Source: Candidatus Bilamarchaeaceae archaeon (GTDB lineage Archaea > Micrarchaeota > Micrarchaeia > Anstonellales > Bilamarchaeaceae). From it: DNA of 35,335 nucleotides. The stretch lies in contig DATDYG010000019.1 of NCBI GenBank assembly GCA_035289085.1, positions 1-35,335 of the forward strand, written 5' to 3'. Below are positions 9,118 through 17,171 of this stretch, one piece after another; within the stretch, counting starts at the first letter, position 1, and each line of letters opens with the position of its first letter. A model generated the notes under the pieces. That model saw nothing but the letters and a program-made list of their open reading frames with translations, ran no database searches and was not told the origin of the DNA. Both the position numbers and the translations under genes were made by a program.

Positions 9118-9732
9118 TTAGCCCTGGGAGTGTGTCACCATTTTTAGCAGCTCAAGATTTTTCATGCCATTCTTGAAGTGCCGTTCGTCAATCTTAATCG
9201 TTGTTTTCTTTGAAAGGTGATACGCAAATATGCTTACAAACCAGCCCAAATATCTTCTAAGCGAATAGCGGTATAACTCATTAAATTTAACAAGATCAGT
9301 ATTTGTTAGATAATGCTCCCAAAGATCCAAAATATCATGCAATGAAATTGGCAAAATGCCTTTTTCTGAGTAATAAAGAAGATCAACAAGGCATTTCTCA
9401 AGTTTTGGACGAGATTCTTCTACTTCTCTTCTAGTTTTGCCTTTCCTTGCCACAATAACTATGCTGGCCTTTTTATCCACTAATCTTATTCTGAGTATTG
9501 GTTTTTTTATCCCTGCATAAATTTCATGATCTGGATAATTTTTAACCATCAATTCAACCAATGAATCTATTGCAACTCGATCGCACTCAATGAAAATTAT
9601 GTTCTTTCTCCAATTATGAAGCATAGGCATAAAAGGGGTTAAATCCCAGATAACAATACTTAACGCTGGCATCTCCCTATGAATCACTTTTGTTATTTTT
9701 CCAGTCTCTTTTCCGAATATAATACTTGTCAT
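9118..9732 (-). CDS. hypothetical protein, candidate cognate partner (antitoxin position) of the 8084-9031 nucleotidyltransferase
   Basis: 204-aa ORF immediately upstream on the same strand, which is the canonical antitoxin-first order. I saw no obvious N-terminal winged-HTH and recognised no family. Confidence 0.45.
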   Translation of the reverse strand: MTSIIFGKETGKITKVIHREMPALSIVIWDLTPFMPMLHNWRKNIIFIECDRVAIDSLVELMVKNYPDHEIYAGIKKPILRIRLVDKKASIVIVARKGKTRREVEESRPKLEKCLVDLLYYSEKGILPISLHDILDLWEHYLTNTDLVKFNELYRYSLRRYLGWFVSIFAYHLSKKTTIKIDERHFKNGMKNLELLKMVTHSQG

Positions 9733-9740
9733 ATAATTAG

Positions 9741-9777
9741 TTTATATGACAAGATATAAAAAGCTATCTTTTGTCAT
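9741..9777. promoter_or_regulatory. palindromic TATA/operator region in the divergent TA promoter
   Basis: TTTATAT(9741-9747)/ATATAAA(9754-9760) is a perfect 7-bp inverted repeat. ATGACAAGATA(9746-9756)/TATCTTTTGTCAT(9765-9777) is an imperfect palindrome. The ATATAAA arm lies 22-28 nt upstream of the minus-strand start at 9732. Confidence 0.5.
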
Positions 9778-9808
9778 CTATGATTTACTAAATTAGCAAA
9801 TCGATAAG

Positions 9809-9819
9809 ATTAAAAATAG
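9809..9819 (+). promoter_or_regulatory. TATA box for the 9839-10513 nucleotidyltransferase gene
   Basis: ATTAAAAATAG lies 20-30 nt upstream of the ATG at 9839. Confidence 0.5.
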
Positions 9820-9838
9820 TTTAATCTTTATTAGTTGT

Positions 9839-10513
9839 ATGGCTATATTTGAAAAATGGGATTGGATAAAAAGAAACTGGCTCTACGTGCTGGAGGAAGC
9901 TGATAAATTAGGCCTTGTTTTCGCAGGTGGCACAGCACTTAACCTAGCTATATTTAGGGAATATCGGGCATCCGAAGATATCGATTTATATAATCCTGAT
10001 TCTAAGGGCGTTGATAATCCAAAAGGTATTGCAGAAAGTGAACTGGCAGCCGAATTAGCAGAGCAGCTTGCAAAAAAAGGATTTGAGATAGTGAAAATCG
10101 AGGGAAGGGTGATCTATACAGGGCCCAATATAAAAATTGAAATTTTTAATGATGGCACGTTATTCAATAAAATAGAAAAAAAGACGATAAAAGAAGTAAA
10201 AATAGCGGTTTTTGATTTGCCTACTTATGCAGAAATGAAAATGTCAGCCCTTCTTTGCAGGACGAATTATGATTCACGCGATCTTATAGATGTTTTTATC
10301 CTCCATACTGGGGGCAAGGTCAAACTTTCTTTCCCAAGAATGGAATGCGAAATTATCGAAAATCAGTTTCACCAGCGCCTTAAAGAAATAAAAGAAACCA
10401 AAAAAGGCGATCTTTACATTTTCCAGACAAAGGAGCAGGTTGATTCTCTTCCATTCAACGAATTTGAAAAATTTAAGTGGTGGTTATCTGACTGGCTATC
10501 AGGATTTCATTAG
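9839..10513 (+). CDS. AbiEii-like nucleotidyltransferase (second copy)
   Basis: VFAGGTALNLAIFREYRASEDIDLY is the GGTAL...R.S.DIDL core motif. A later SRDLIDVF block is also typical of the family. Confidence 0.7.
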   Translation: MAIFEKWDWIKRNWLYVLEEADKLGLVFAGGTALNLAIFREYRASEDIDLYNPDSKGVDNPKGIAESELAAELAEQLAKKGFEIVKIEGRVIYTGPNIKIEIFNDGTLFNKIEKKTIKEVKIAVFDLPTYAEMKMSALLCRTNYDSRDLIDVFILHTGGKVKLSFPRMECEIIENQFHQRLKEIKETKKGDLYIFQTKEQVDSLPFNEFEKFKWWLSDWLSGFH

Positions 10514-10514
10514 G

Positions 10515-11078
10515 ATGTTCAGCGGTGGGGCATTTGTCTCCTCAAAGGAGATTGCACGGAGCTTCAATTTTCCAAAGGCCCTGAGCTCACTGTATATCAT
10601 ACCGACATTCTTCAAGGGCATCTATTATGTCCCATCAGAAAAAGAACGAAAAGGCCATTTCATAGACAAACCAGCACAATTCTTTTCCAATCTTTTCGAT
10701 TTTGCATATGGAAGAAAGAAATGGTACTGGTCGCTAAGTACTGCTGCAAGGCACTATGGTTCGGAGTGGAGTTCTACAAAAATCCTGGAAATAGTGGCTG
10801 TAGGGGAATCAAAAAAACTGGATATTATTTCTAGAGCCGAATCCCTTGGAAGGAAAAGGTCATATCGTTCCAGGACGCTGTCGAAAATCCTGTTATCACT
10901 CGGCATAAACCTTGTCTTCATACATAAGGGAAAAAGGATTTTCTTGAAAGAAATAAAAATCGATTCCGAACTTGGACCTGTGGCAACAAAAGAAAGGCTA
11001 AAAAAGGATGCTGTTTTTTTCCTTCCTCGAAACAAAGATAAATCACTCAGGAGATTGTACAAGAAATACCTGCAATGA
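10515..11078 (+). CDS. AbiEi-like putative antitoxin/transcriptional regulator (start chosen at the ATG just after the upstream stop)
   Basis: The track ORF runs 10440-11078, and the in-frame ATG at 10515 follows the upstream TAG directly (TAGGATG). FFKGIYYVPSEKE and YWSLSTAARHYGSEWSSTKILEIV resemble the RG.Y and S.L..hG blocks of AbiEi-family antitoxins. The gene order here is toxin-first. Confidence 0.5.
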   Translation: MFSGGAFVSSKEIARSFNFPKALSSLYIIPTFFKGIYYVPSEKERKGHFIDKPAQFFSNLFDFAYGRKKWYWSLSTAARHYGSEWSSTKILEIVAVGESKKLDIISRAESLGRKRSYRSRTLSKILLSLGINLVFIHKGKRIFLKEIKIDSELGPVATKERLKKDAVFFLPRNKDKSLRRLYKKYLQ

Positions 11079-11199
11079 AAAATGGTGGAATATCACAAAT
11101 AGTTATTTTTCATGTAAACAAATGGCTTTATAAAACTTTCCATCCATAAATATAATATCTGGGTTAGATATATTATATTAAAAAATGAGAGGTGTGTCT

Positions 11200-11979
11200 A
11201 TGGGTGCTGCAGCAGTTCAACCTGTTCAAAAAGAAAGAGTCAGAGGTCCTTATTTACGTGTATTGGTGCCTAGATCCCAAGGTGTTCCTTTTGAAAGAGC
11301 ATTAGTCTTGGCAGAAGGGGCAAATGGAGTTATTGCTTCCAATAAAAGATTAGATAAAGCTTTAGTTGGTAGTGATGAGTGGCAACGTGTCAAAGAGGTA
11401 TTTGCTGCTTGGTCTGGCACAATGACTGCTTATAAAGAACCAGGTCAAAAATTAGGTAAACAAATTGAATACGTAGATTCTGAAACTGATTTTAGGTGGG
11501 TATTTTCTGTTCCAGAAGCCCATAAGGATAAGAAAAGTGCTATTCTAGTAGCTGAACATCCTGATTATACTTTAGAAGTAGACGGAAGAAACAGAGTTGT
11601 TCATGCTGCAAAAGTTGATTTAGTTGGAGAATTTCCAGCTTCTGATGGTTGGTATTTAACAGATAGAGTTCACGGAATACCGACTGGTGAGCAGGTCCCT
11701 TCTTCAAACGGTGATGCAAGATATTTATGGAGAATAGCCAGTAGAGTGGGCCCTGTTGCTCGTGGCTTCTACGGCAGGCGGTACGTGGGCCTCGTTTACA
11801 GGCCGTCCGACGGTTACGGGGTGGCAGTCGAGGCCAGCGAAGCTGGCGCGCCGCTTGAAACGGGTGCTCCTATACAACTAAAAATGACTAGAGAAGGCGA
11901 TGGCAAACTAATCGTTGAAGGAACTAAAGAGCAGTTAGATGCAGCAACAAGATTAGTTGAAGGACTAAAGCAAAAATAA
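11200..11979 (+). CDS. hypothetical protein with mosaic base composition
   Basis: The track ORF starts at 11185, but AGAGGTG (11188-11194) sits 5 nt before the in-frame ATG at 11200, so I prefer that start. No family was recognised. Confidence 0.55.
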   Translation: MGAAAVQPVQKERVRGPYLRVLVPRSQGVPFERALVLAEGANGVIASNKRLDKALVGSDEWQRVKEVFAAWSGTMTAYKEPGQKLGKQIEYVDSETDFRWVFSVPEAHKDKKSAILVAEHPDYTLEVDGRNRVVHAAKVDLVGEFPASDGWYLTDRVHGIPTGEQVPSSNGDARYLWRIASRVGPVARGFYGRRYVGLVYRPSDGYGVAVEASEAGAPLETGAPIQLKMTREGDGKLIVEGTKEQLDAATRLVEGLKQK

Positions 11980-12122
11980 TTTTCACTAATTTTTAATTCC
12001 TTTTATGCGTTCTATTATTCCCTGGCTTGTAGGCTAACCACCACATCATCCAGCCAGCTAATCTTTAATTATGAAAAGCCCATTACTTATCCTTTAATTT
12101 ACTTTCGCATCTAGCTTTATCC

Positions 12123-13850
12123 ATGTTGCTTTTTCGCGAAGTTGCTGAAGTTTTTCTTGAAATCGAAAAACGCTCTGGCAGGCTGGAGATGACCGATCTG
12201 CTTGCGACACTGTTCAAGCACGCGGATGCACAAGAAATAAACAAGCTTATCTATCTCGTGCAGGGCATCCCGGCCCCGCCCTATGAAGGAATTGATTTGG
12301 GCATGGGCGAGCAGTTCGCCATCCGCGCCATTGCTGCGGCCACGGGTTATGGAATGGCAGAAGTGGAAAAGCACTACAAGAAAAGCGGCGATTTGGGTAT
12401 CACGGTCCATGAACTAATCGGTAAAAAAAAGCAGCAGTCGTTATCCGTCCGCCAAATGGACATCAACTACGTATACAGTGCCTTCCTTAAAATCGCCCAA
12501 ACCGCTGGAAAAGGCAGCCAGGAATTAAAGATCAAATATCTGGCTGAATTGCTCAACAATGCGTCACCATCCGCTGCGCGGTTCATCGTGCGTTTTGCCC
12601 TGGGCCGCTTGCGCTTAGGCGTGGGAGATCCCACGATCCTCGATGCCTTGTCCGTAGCCAAAACAGGCGACAAATCCCTGCGGGAGCCGCTGGAACGCGC
12701 GTATAATGTCTGTGCAGACATGGGTTATGTGGCCCGGATATTTTACGAAACCCCCAAGAAAATAGCCCGGTTCAAGGTCCAACCGTTCAAGCCATTGATG
12801 CCGGCGCTGGCCGAGCGGCTAAGCACGCCGGAAGAAATTGTTGATAAGATCGGTGAATGCGCAATAGAAAAAAAATTCGACGGATTTCGCCTGCAAGTGC
12901 ACAAGCAGGGAAATCGCGTTGCCCTCTACTCGCGAAAACTGGAAGATATGACAAACATGTTTCCTGATGTAGTAAAGGCAGTGCAGCAGCTTAAGGCAAA
13001 AGAAATAATTTTTGAAGGAGAAGCATTGGCCTACAATGAAAAGCAAGGTCGTTATTACTCCTTCCAGCAAACGATGCACAGGAGAAGAAAGCACGGGATA
13101 GAGGCAGCAAGCAGGGAACTGCCGCTTAACGTGTTCTGTTTTGACCTGCTCTATCTGAATGGAAAGGATTTCACCCTACAGCCCTATGCCCAACGGAGAA
13201 AACAGCTCGAAAAGCTCTTCCCTAAAAATATTCTTAAACTCAGTGAAAAAACAAATGTAAAAACCGGAAGCGAGCTAGAGAAAATATTCCAGGAATCGCT
13301 TGCACAGGGTTTGGAAGGAATAATGGCCAAGGATTTACAAGCACCGTATACCGCAGGAAAAAGAAAATTTGCCTGGATCAAGCTGAAGAAATCCTATGGA
13401 AAGGCCTTGGATACGATCGATGCGGTAATCGTTGGCTATTTCCTGGGCAAAGGCGCACGGGCCGAATTCGAATTCGGCGGCCTGCTCGTGGCCGTACGCA
13501 ACGAAGATACGCAAAAGCTGGAAACCGTGGCCAAGGTGGGTTCCGGGTATACGGAAGAGGAAATGGGCCAGCTGCAGAAACTGCTGGAGCGCATCCAAAC
13601 CACGGCTCCGCCTTCCCAGCTCGCCTTCAACGAGGCGCAACAACCGGATTTCTGGGTAGAGCCAAAATACGTCGTAGAAGTTGCATTTGACGAGATCACG
13701 GAATCGCCGACGCACACGTGCGGCATGCATGGTGGAAAAGGCTATGCATTGCGCTTTCCAAGAATGTCAAAATTCCGCGAGGATAAAAGCATAAGGGAAG
13801 CAACAACTACGCAGGAAGTTATCGAATTATATCATAGACAGAGAAAATAA
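12123..13850 (+). CDS. lig: ATP-dependent DNA ligase
   Basis: The adenylation motif EKKFDGFRLQVHK (KxDG) is present, along with FEGEALAYNE, EGIMAKDL and WIKLKKSY motifs. The 575-aa size is typical of archaeal Lig1-type enzymes. Confidence 0.95.
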   Translation: MLLFREVAEVFLEIEKRSGRLEMTDLLATLFKHADAQEINKLIYLVQGIPAPPYEGIDLGMGEQFAIRAIAAATGYGMAEVEKHYKKSGDLGITVHELIGKKKQQSLSVRQMDINYVYSAFLKIAQTAGKGSQELKIKYLAELLNNASPSAARFIVRFALGRLRLGVGDPTILDALSVAKTGDKSLREPLERAYNVCADMGYVARIFYETPKKIARFKVQPFKPLMPALAERLSTPEEIVDKIGECAIEKKFDGFRLQVHKQGNRVALYSRKLEDMTNMFPDVVKAVQQLKAKEIIFEGEALAYNEKQGRYYSFQQTMHRRRKHGIEAASRELPLNVFCFDLLYLNGKDFTLQPYAQRRKQLEKLFPKNILKLSEKTNVKTGSELEKIFQESLAQGLEGIMAKDLQAPYTAGKRKFAWIKLKKSYGKALDTIDAVIVGYFLGKGARAEFEFGGLLVAVRNEDTQKLETVAKVGSGYTEEEMGQLQKLLERIQTTAPPSQLAFNEAQQPDFWVEPKYVVEVAFDEITESPTHTCGMHGGKGYALRFPRMSKFREDKSIREATTTQEVIELYHRQRK

Positions 13851-13852
13851 GA

Positions 13853-14671
13853 TTATTGCGCAGCAACCGCTTCTGCTGTCGTATCCGTCTGCGGCTCCGT
13901 TTTTTGTTCGATGATCTTCCTTAATCTCAGGAGCGCTTCGGTCTTGAGCTGGCATGCCCTGGATACTGTTACCCCCAGCATTTCGCCGATTCTTTGCAAC
14001 TCTACTTCTTCAAAATGATATAAAATAATAATCATCCTATGTCTCGGGCCAAGCTGGTTGATCGCATCTCTTAATGTTAACATGTCCTCCCTGCTGATCA
14101 CATGACCTAGGGCATCCACCTGATTTGCAACTGTTCCTCTGGTTAAGAAGGCAAGGTCCTCCTCTGCTAATGCATCCAGAGGGCGGCTTCGTGCTCTCCG
14201 TGCCAAGACCAGCACTTCCCGTAATTTTTCTATACCCATCTGCGCTCTTTCTGCCAGTTCCTCATCCGAAGGCTCGCGGCACAGCTCCTTCCTGAGTCTC
14301 TCATCTATTCTCTGTACCCTCTTTAATTGGATTCTTTTATCCCTGGAGAGTGGATCCACCATTCTCAGTTCATCCAGCATTGCCCACTTCACTCTTTTTT
14401 CGGTGAATTGGCGCGGGGTGCCTTGTTCCGGATCATGATCCTGGCGCATTCTTTGTACGAATGCCATCCTTCCGGCCTGGGCCAGATCCCTATAATCCAC
14501 CGCATACCTTGTTCTGGCAGCGAGGCGGCGGGCCATTGACTGTATCCATCCGTCATTTTCTCTTAATAATACGTCCATTCTGTCCACAAGGGGCTTTATG
14601 CTGGCCAGTTTTGCCTGTAATCCTGCTCCATGCGCGGGCAGCATGTCCGCCTTTAATGCCACTATCGCCAT
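13853..14671 (-). CDS. sigma-70 family protein, FliA/sigma-28-like (paralog 1)
   Basis: Region 2-like DLAQAGRMAFVQRMRQDHDPEQG..FTEKRVKWAMLDELRMVDPLSRDKR. Region 3-like PSDEELAERAQMGIEKLREVL. Region 4 HTH LGPRHRMIIILYHFEEVELQRIGEMLGVTVSRACQLKTEALLRLRKI. Confidence 0.8.
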   Translation of the reverse strand: MAIVALKADMLPAHGAGLQAKLASIKPLVDRMDVLLRENDGWIQSMARRLAARTRYAVDYRDLAQAGRMAFVQRMRQDHDPEQGTPRQFTEKRVKWAMLDELRMVDPLSRDKRIQLKRVQRIDERLRKELCREPSDEELAERAQMGIEKLREVLVLARRARSRPLDALAEEDLAFLTRGTVANQVDALGHVISREDMLTLRDAINQLGPRHRMIIILYHFEEVELQRIGEMLGVTVSRACQLKTEALLRLRKIIEQKTEPQTDTTAEAVAAQ

Positions 14672-14688
14672 TATTATATATTAGTAAC

Positions 14689-14701
14689 AACTATTTAAAA
14701 A
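14689..14701 (-). promoter_or_regulatory. TATA box (TTTTTAAATAGTT on the minus strand) for sigma paralog 1
   Basis: The plus-strand 13-mer AACTATTTAAAAA begins 18 nt beyond the start codon at 14671. An identical 13-mer sits at the same spacing upstream of paralog 3 (17172-17184). Confidence 0.6.
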
Positions 14702-14726
14702 TGTATTGGATAATGGCTTTTAATGG

Positions 14727-16469
14727 CTATTGCGCAGCCGTTGCACTGTCTGCTATCGCCGCAACTTTCTTCGCATCCGCAGCATTTCCTGCTTCCAGTT
14801 CTTTGTGCAGCCGGTTTCCCAGGCGCGCAAAACCAGCCAGATACAAGTTGATAAGGCTGCCCCTTGGTATTCCCCCTCTTTCCTCGATTAATATACCGTT
14901 TGCGATCAGATCTGCCAGTTCGCCTTCTCTCAACTGCAGGGCATGTTCTGTGTCTTCCCTATCTGCTATCCACCCGTCCAGGGGCGGCAGGTTCGCCATG
15001 CTTGTCGCTCCCAAAAAGGAAATGCGTCTTTTGTTATCCATTAAAACCGGAAAATCCGTTTCCCTGTCCAGCCGGCCTGTATACTGTCCCAGACTTCTTC
15101 TTCCTATTCCTCTGCTGTCATAAATCTCATTATATATTCTTCCGGCATCCAATTTTTCCCGCATCATCACTGCCAGATGCTCCAGAACCAGATCCCTGTC
15201 CTGCTCTGCATAACCTGAAACAATCCTATCCATCCACCGCTGTGCAAACCGATCCAAAAACCCATCCCAAGGATCCTGCTCTGCTACTTGGGTCCTTTCC
15301 CCTACTGGTTCTGCCAGCTCCATCCCCTCCTCTTCGGTCGGCGCCGTCCGTCGCTCATCCCTGCCTGCTTCAGGTGCAGCAACTTCGTACTGCTCTCCAA
15401 GTACTGCCTCCAATACCTCCTGTTCCGCTGCATCTTCCGATCCTACTTCCCTTTCCAGTTCTACAAGCCTCTTCAGCTCCTCTCCCAGTCCCTCAAGTCC
15501 GTCCAGAAACCCATCCAAGTCCGTTCCATCTTCCTCGTTTCTCCCTGTCAATCCCTGCTGTTCCATCGGTGCTGGCGGTCCTTCTTTCTCCTCTACCACA
15601 GCATCTGCTTCCAATTCTGCGGAAGCTGCCTGTAATCGTCCATTGCTTCCCCTGGCTATGTTCTTTGCCGGTACCTTGTCGGATTTTAACATCTCTTTTA
15701 ACTGTTCTCTGGCTTCCCCGAGAAGCTGGCATATCCTGGATTCCGTGACCCCCAATTCTTCGCCTATTTGTCCTTGCGTGCGTTCTTCAAAATAGTAACC
15801 CTCTATTACCCGCCGATGCCTTGGGGAGAGCTCTTGCATAAACACATGTATCTGCATCTCATCCATTCTTCCTACCAAGAGGGTCAGTGAATCCAGCTGC
15901 TCGGCCGGTACATTCGCCAGCAAATCCAATTGATCGGAAGGTGCTCCTGTTCTGTTACGGGGGGTGAAGTAGGCGACTAAGGCGGCCTTCTGCATTATTC
16001 GGACCCTACGTGCCTTCTCCACTGACCAGTCCATTCCTTCAGCCAGTTCCTCGTCCGTGGCATCCCGGCCATGGGATTGGGAGTATCCCCGGTCCACCTT
16101 CCTTGCTCCCCTAACATCCCTTCTCATGTTCCGGCTAAGAGGATCCATATCTCTCAGTTCATCTATTATCGCCCCCCGGACTCTCTCCGCTGCGTATGCC
16201 TCAAAGGCACCTATTTGTTCCGGATCACAGTGGTGGTAAGCCCGGATCAGTCCCTCCATTCCTGCCTGTTCCAGATCCTCCTTCACTCGCACAGCACGCG
16301 GAACTTTTCTGGCATATTGTTCGGCCATCTTTCTTACACGGGGCCCTAATCTTTCCACTACGCTATCCAGTCCTCCCAATCCCTTGATGACCCTGAATTG
16401 CCTTGTTCTTCCGGCCATTTTAGGTTTATTCTGCAACTGCTTAAAGGTCATACCATCTACCATCTGCAA
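14727..16469 (-). CDS. sigma-70 family protein, FliA-like, with a C-terminal extension of about 320 aa (paralog 2)
   Basis: DLEQAGMEGLIRAYHHCDPEQIGAFEAYAAERVRGAIIDELRDMDPLSRNMRRDVR and LSPRHRRVIEGYYFEERTQGQIGEELGVTESRICQLLGEAREQLK are present. The track start at 16469 is a TTG. In-frame ATGs at 16463 and 16451 fit the upstream TATA better, so the start is uncertain by 2-6 codons. Confidence 0.75.
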   Translation of the reverse strand: MQMVDGMTFKQLQNKPKMAGRTRQFRVIKGLGGLDSVVERLGPRVRKMAEQYARKVPRAVRVKEDLEQAGMEGLIRAYHHCDPEQIGAFEAYAAERVRGAIIDELRDMDPLSRNMRRDVRGARKVDRGYSQSHGRDATDEELAEGMDWSVEKARRVRIMQKAALVAYFTPRNRTGAPSDQLDLLANVPAEQLDSLTLLVGRMDEMQIHVFMQELSPRHRRVIEGYYFEERTQGQIGEELGVTESRICQLLGEAREQLKEMLKSDKVPAKNIARGSNGRLQAASAELEADAVVEEKEGPPAPMEQQGLTGRNEEDGTDLDGFLDGLEGLGEELKRLVELEREVGSEDAAEQEVLEAVLGEQYEVAAPEAGRDERRTAPTEEEGMELAEPVGERTQVAEQDPWDGFLDRFAQRWMDRIVSGYAEQDRDLVLEHLAVMMREKLDAGRIYNEIYDSRGIGRRSLGQYTGRLDRETDFPVLMDNKRRISFLGATSMANLPPLDGWIADREDTEHALQLREGELADLIANGILIEERGGIPRGSLINLYLAGFARLGNRLHKELEAGNAADAKKVAAIADSATAAQ

Positions 16470-16481
16470 ATATTTTTATTC
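16469..16481 (-). promoter_or_regulatory. TATA-like element for sigma paralog 2
   Basis: The minus-strand sequence reads GAATAAAAATATT. Its centre lies about 25 nt upstream of the in-frame ATG at 16451. Confidence 0.45.
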
Positions 16482-16503
16482 CCTTGTCCCAGATTCCCAA
16501 AGC

Positions 16504-17154
16504 CTATTCTGTTTTTCCGCCTGGCACTGCCACCAGCCAGGGCCTGCCATTGCCATAGCCGCAGGCGGGTGCCTCCATTGCCGCTTTCAATTCCCCGAGC
16601 GCTTCTTTGATAAGCTTGGATACCATAGGTTGGCGGATGCCCAGTATTTCGGCTATTTCCTTTTGGTCTACGCCGTCAAAAAAGTATAATTTTATTGCCA
16701 GCTGTTTCCTCCTGCCCAGCCGGTGAATTCCTCCCATGAGCCTTCCTATCTGCTGGCTGCGTGCCGTTGCTTCAAAGGGATCCGCATCACGGGACACGGG
16801 TTCGCTGTCCGAGCGCAGGGGAGCAGGAATATCACGGTACCGCAAGTCTCTCAAGTAATCCATCATCCGGCACCGCACTTTCCATCTCGCAAATGCTTCA
16901 AACGTGCCTCTTTCCGGGTCATATCTATGTCCTTCCGCAAGCAGCGCCATTCTTCCTGCCTGCACCAGATCATCCGCATCGGCTCCATGTTCCCAGGCCA
17001 TCCTGCGGGCCATGGTGCGGATCAATGAGTCGTGCTCTCTCAACATGGTTGCATCAGTATGCAGTCCTTCTGCCATCCCGTCCCTGAATCCTCTTCGGGA
17101 TGCAGGGACAGCGCCGGGTTTTGAGGCGTTCTGTAATCGGGTAACTAGTGCCAT
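16504..17154 (-). CDS. sigma-70 family protein, FliA/ECF-sized (paralog 3)
   Basis: DLVQAGRMALLAEGHRYDPERGTFEAFARWKVRCRMMDYLRDL is region 2-like. LGRRKQLAIKLYFFDGVDQKEIAEILGIRQPMVSKLIKEALGELK is a region 4 HTH. Confidence 0.75.
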   Translation of the reverse strand: MALVTRLQNASKPGAVPASRRGFRDGMAEGLHTDATMLREHDSLIRTMARRMAWEHGADADDLVQAGRMALLAEGHRYDPERGTFEAFARWKVRCRMMDYLRDLRYRDIPAPLRSDSEPVSRDADPFEATARSQQIGRLMGGIHRLGRRKQLAIKLYFFDGVDQKEIAEILGIRQPMVSKLIKEALGELKAAMEAPACGYGNGRPWLVAVPGGKTE

Positions 17155-17171
17155 GTGTGTATATATATTAT

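Noticed and set aside
14864-15748. 294-aa plus-strand ORF (also 14461-15123 and 15288-15635) opposite sigma paralog 2
   Set aside because: The product is Pro/Ser/Leu-rich and low in complexity, with no motifs. The ORF lies wholly antisense to a gene with clear sigma-70 motifs, which is typical of a shadow ORF of a GA-rich coding strand.
13853-17154. Sigma-like genes as bacterial contamination or a chimeric assembly
   Set aside because: They are flanked on both sides within the same contig by archaeal hallmark genes with only 2-nt and 37-nt gaps. They share the local base composition and carry archaeal TATA boxes at leaderless spacing. Read-level verification is still advisable.
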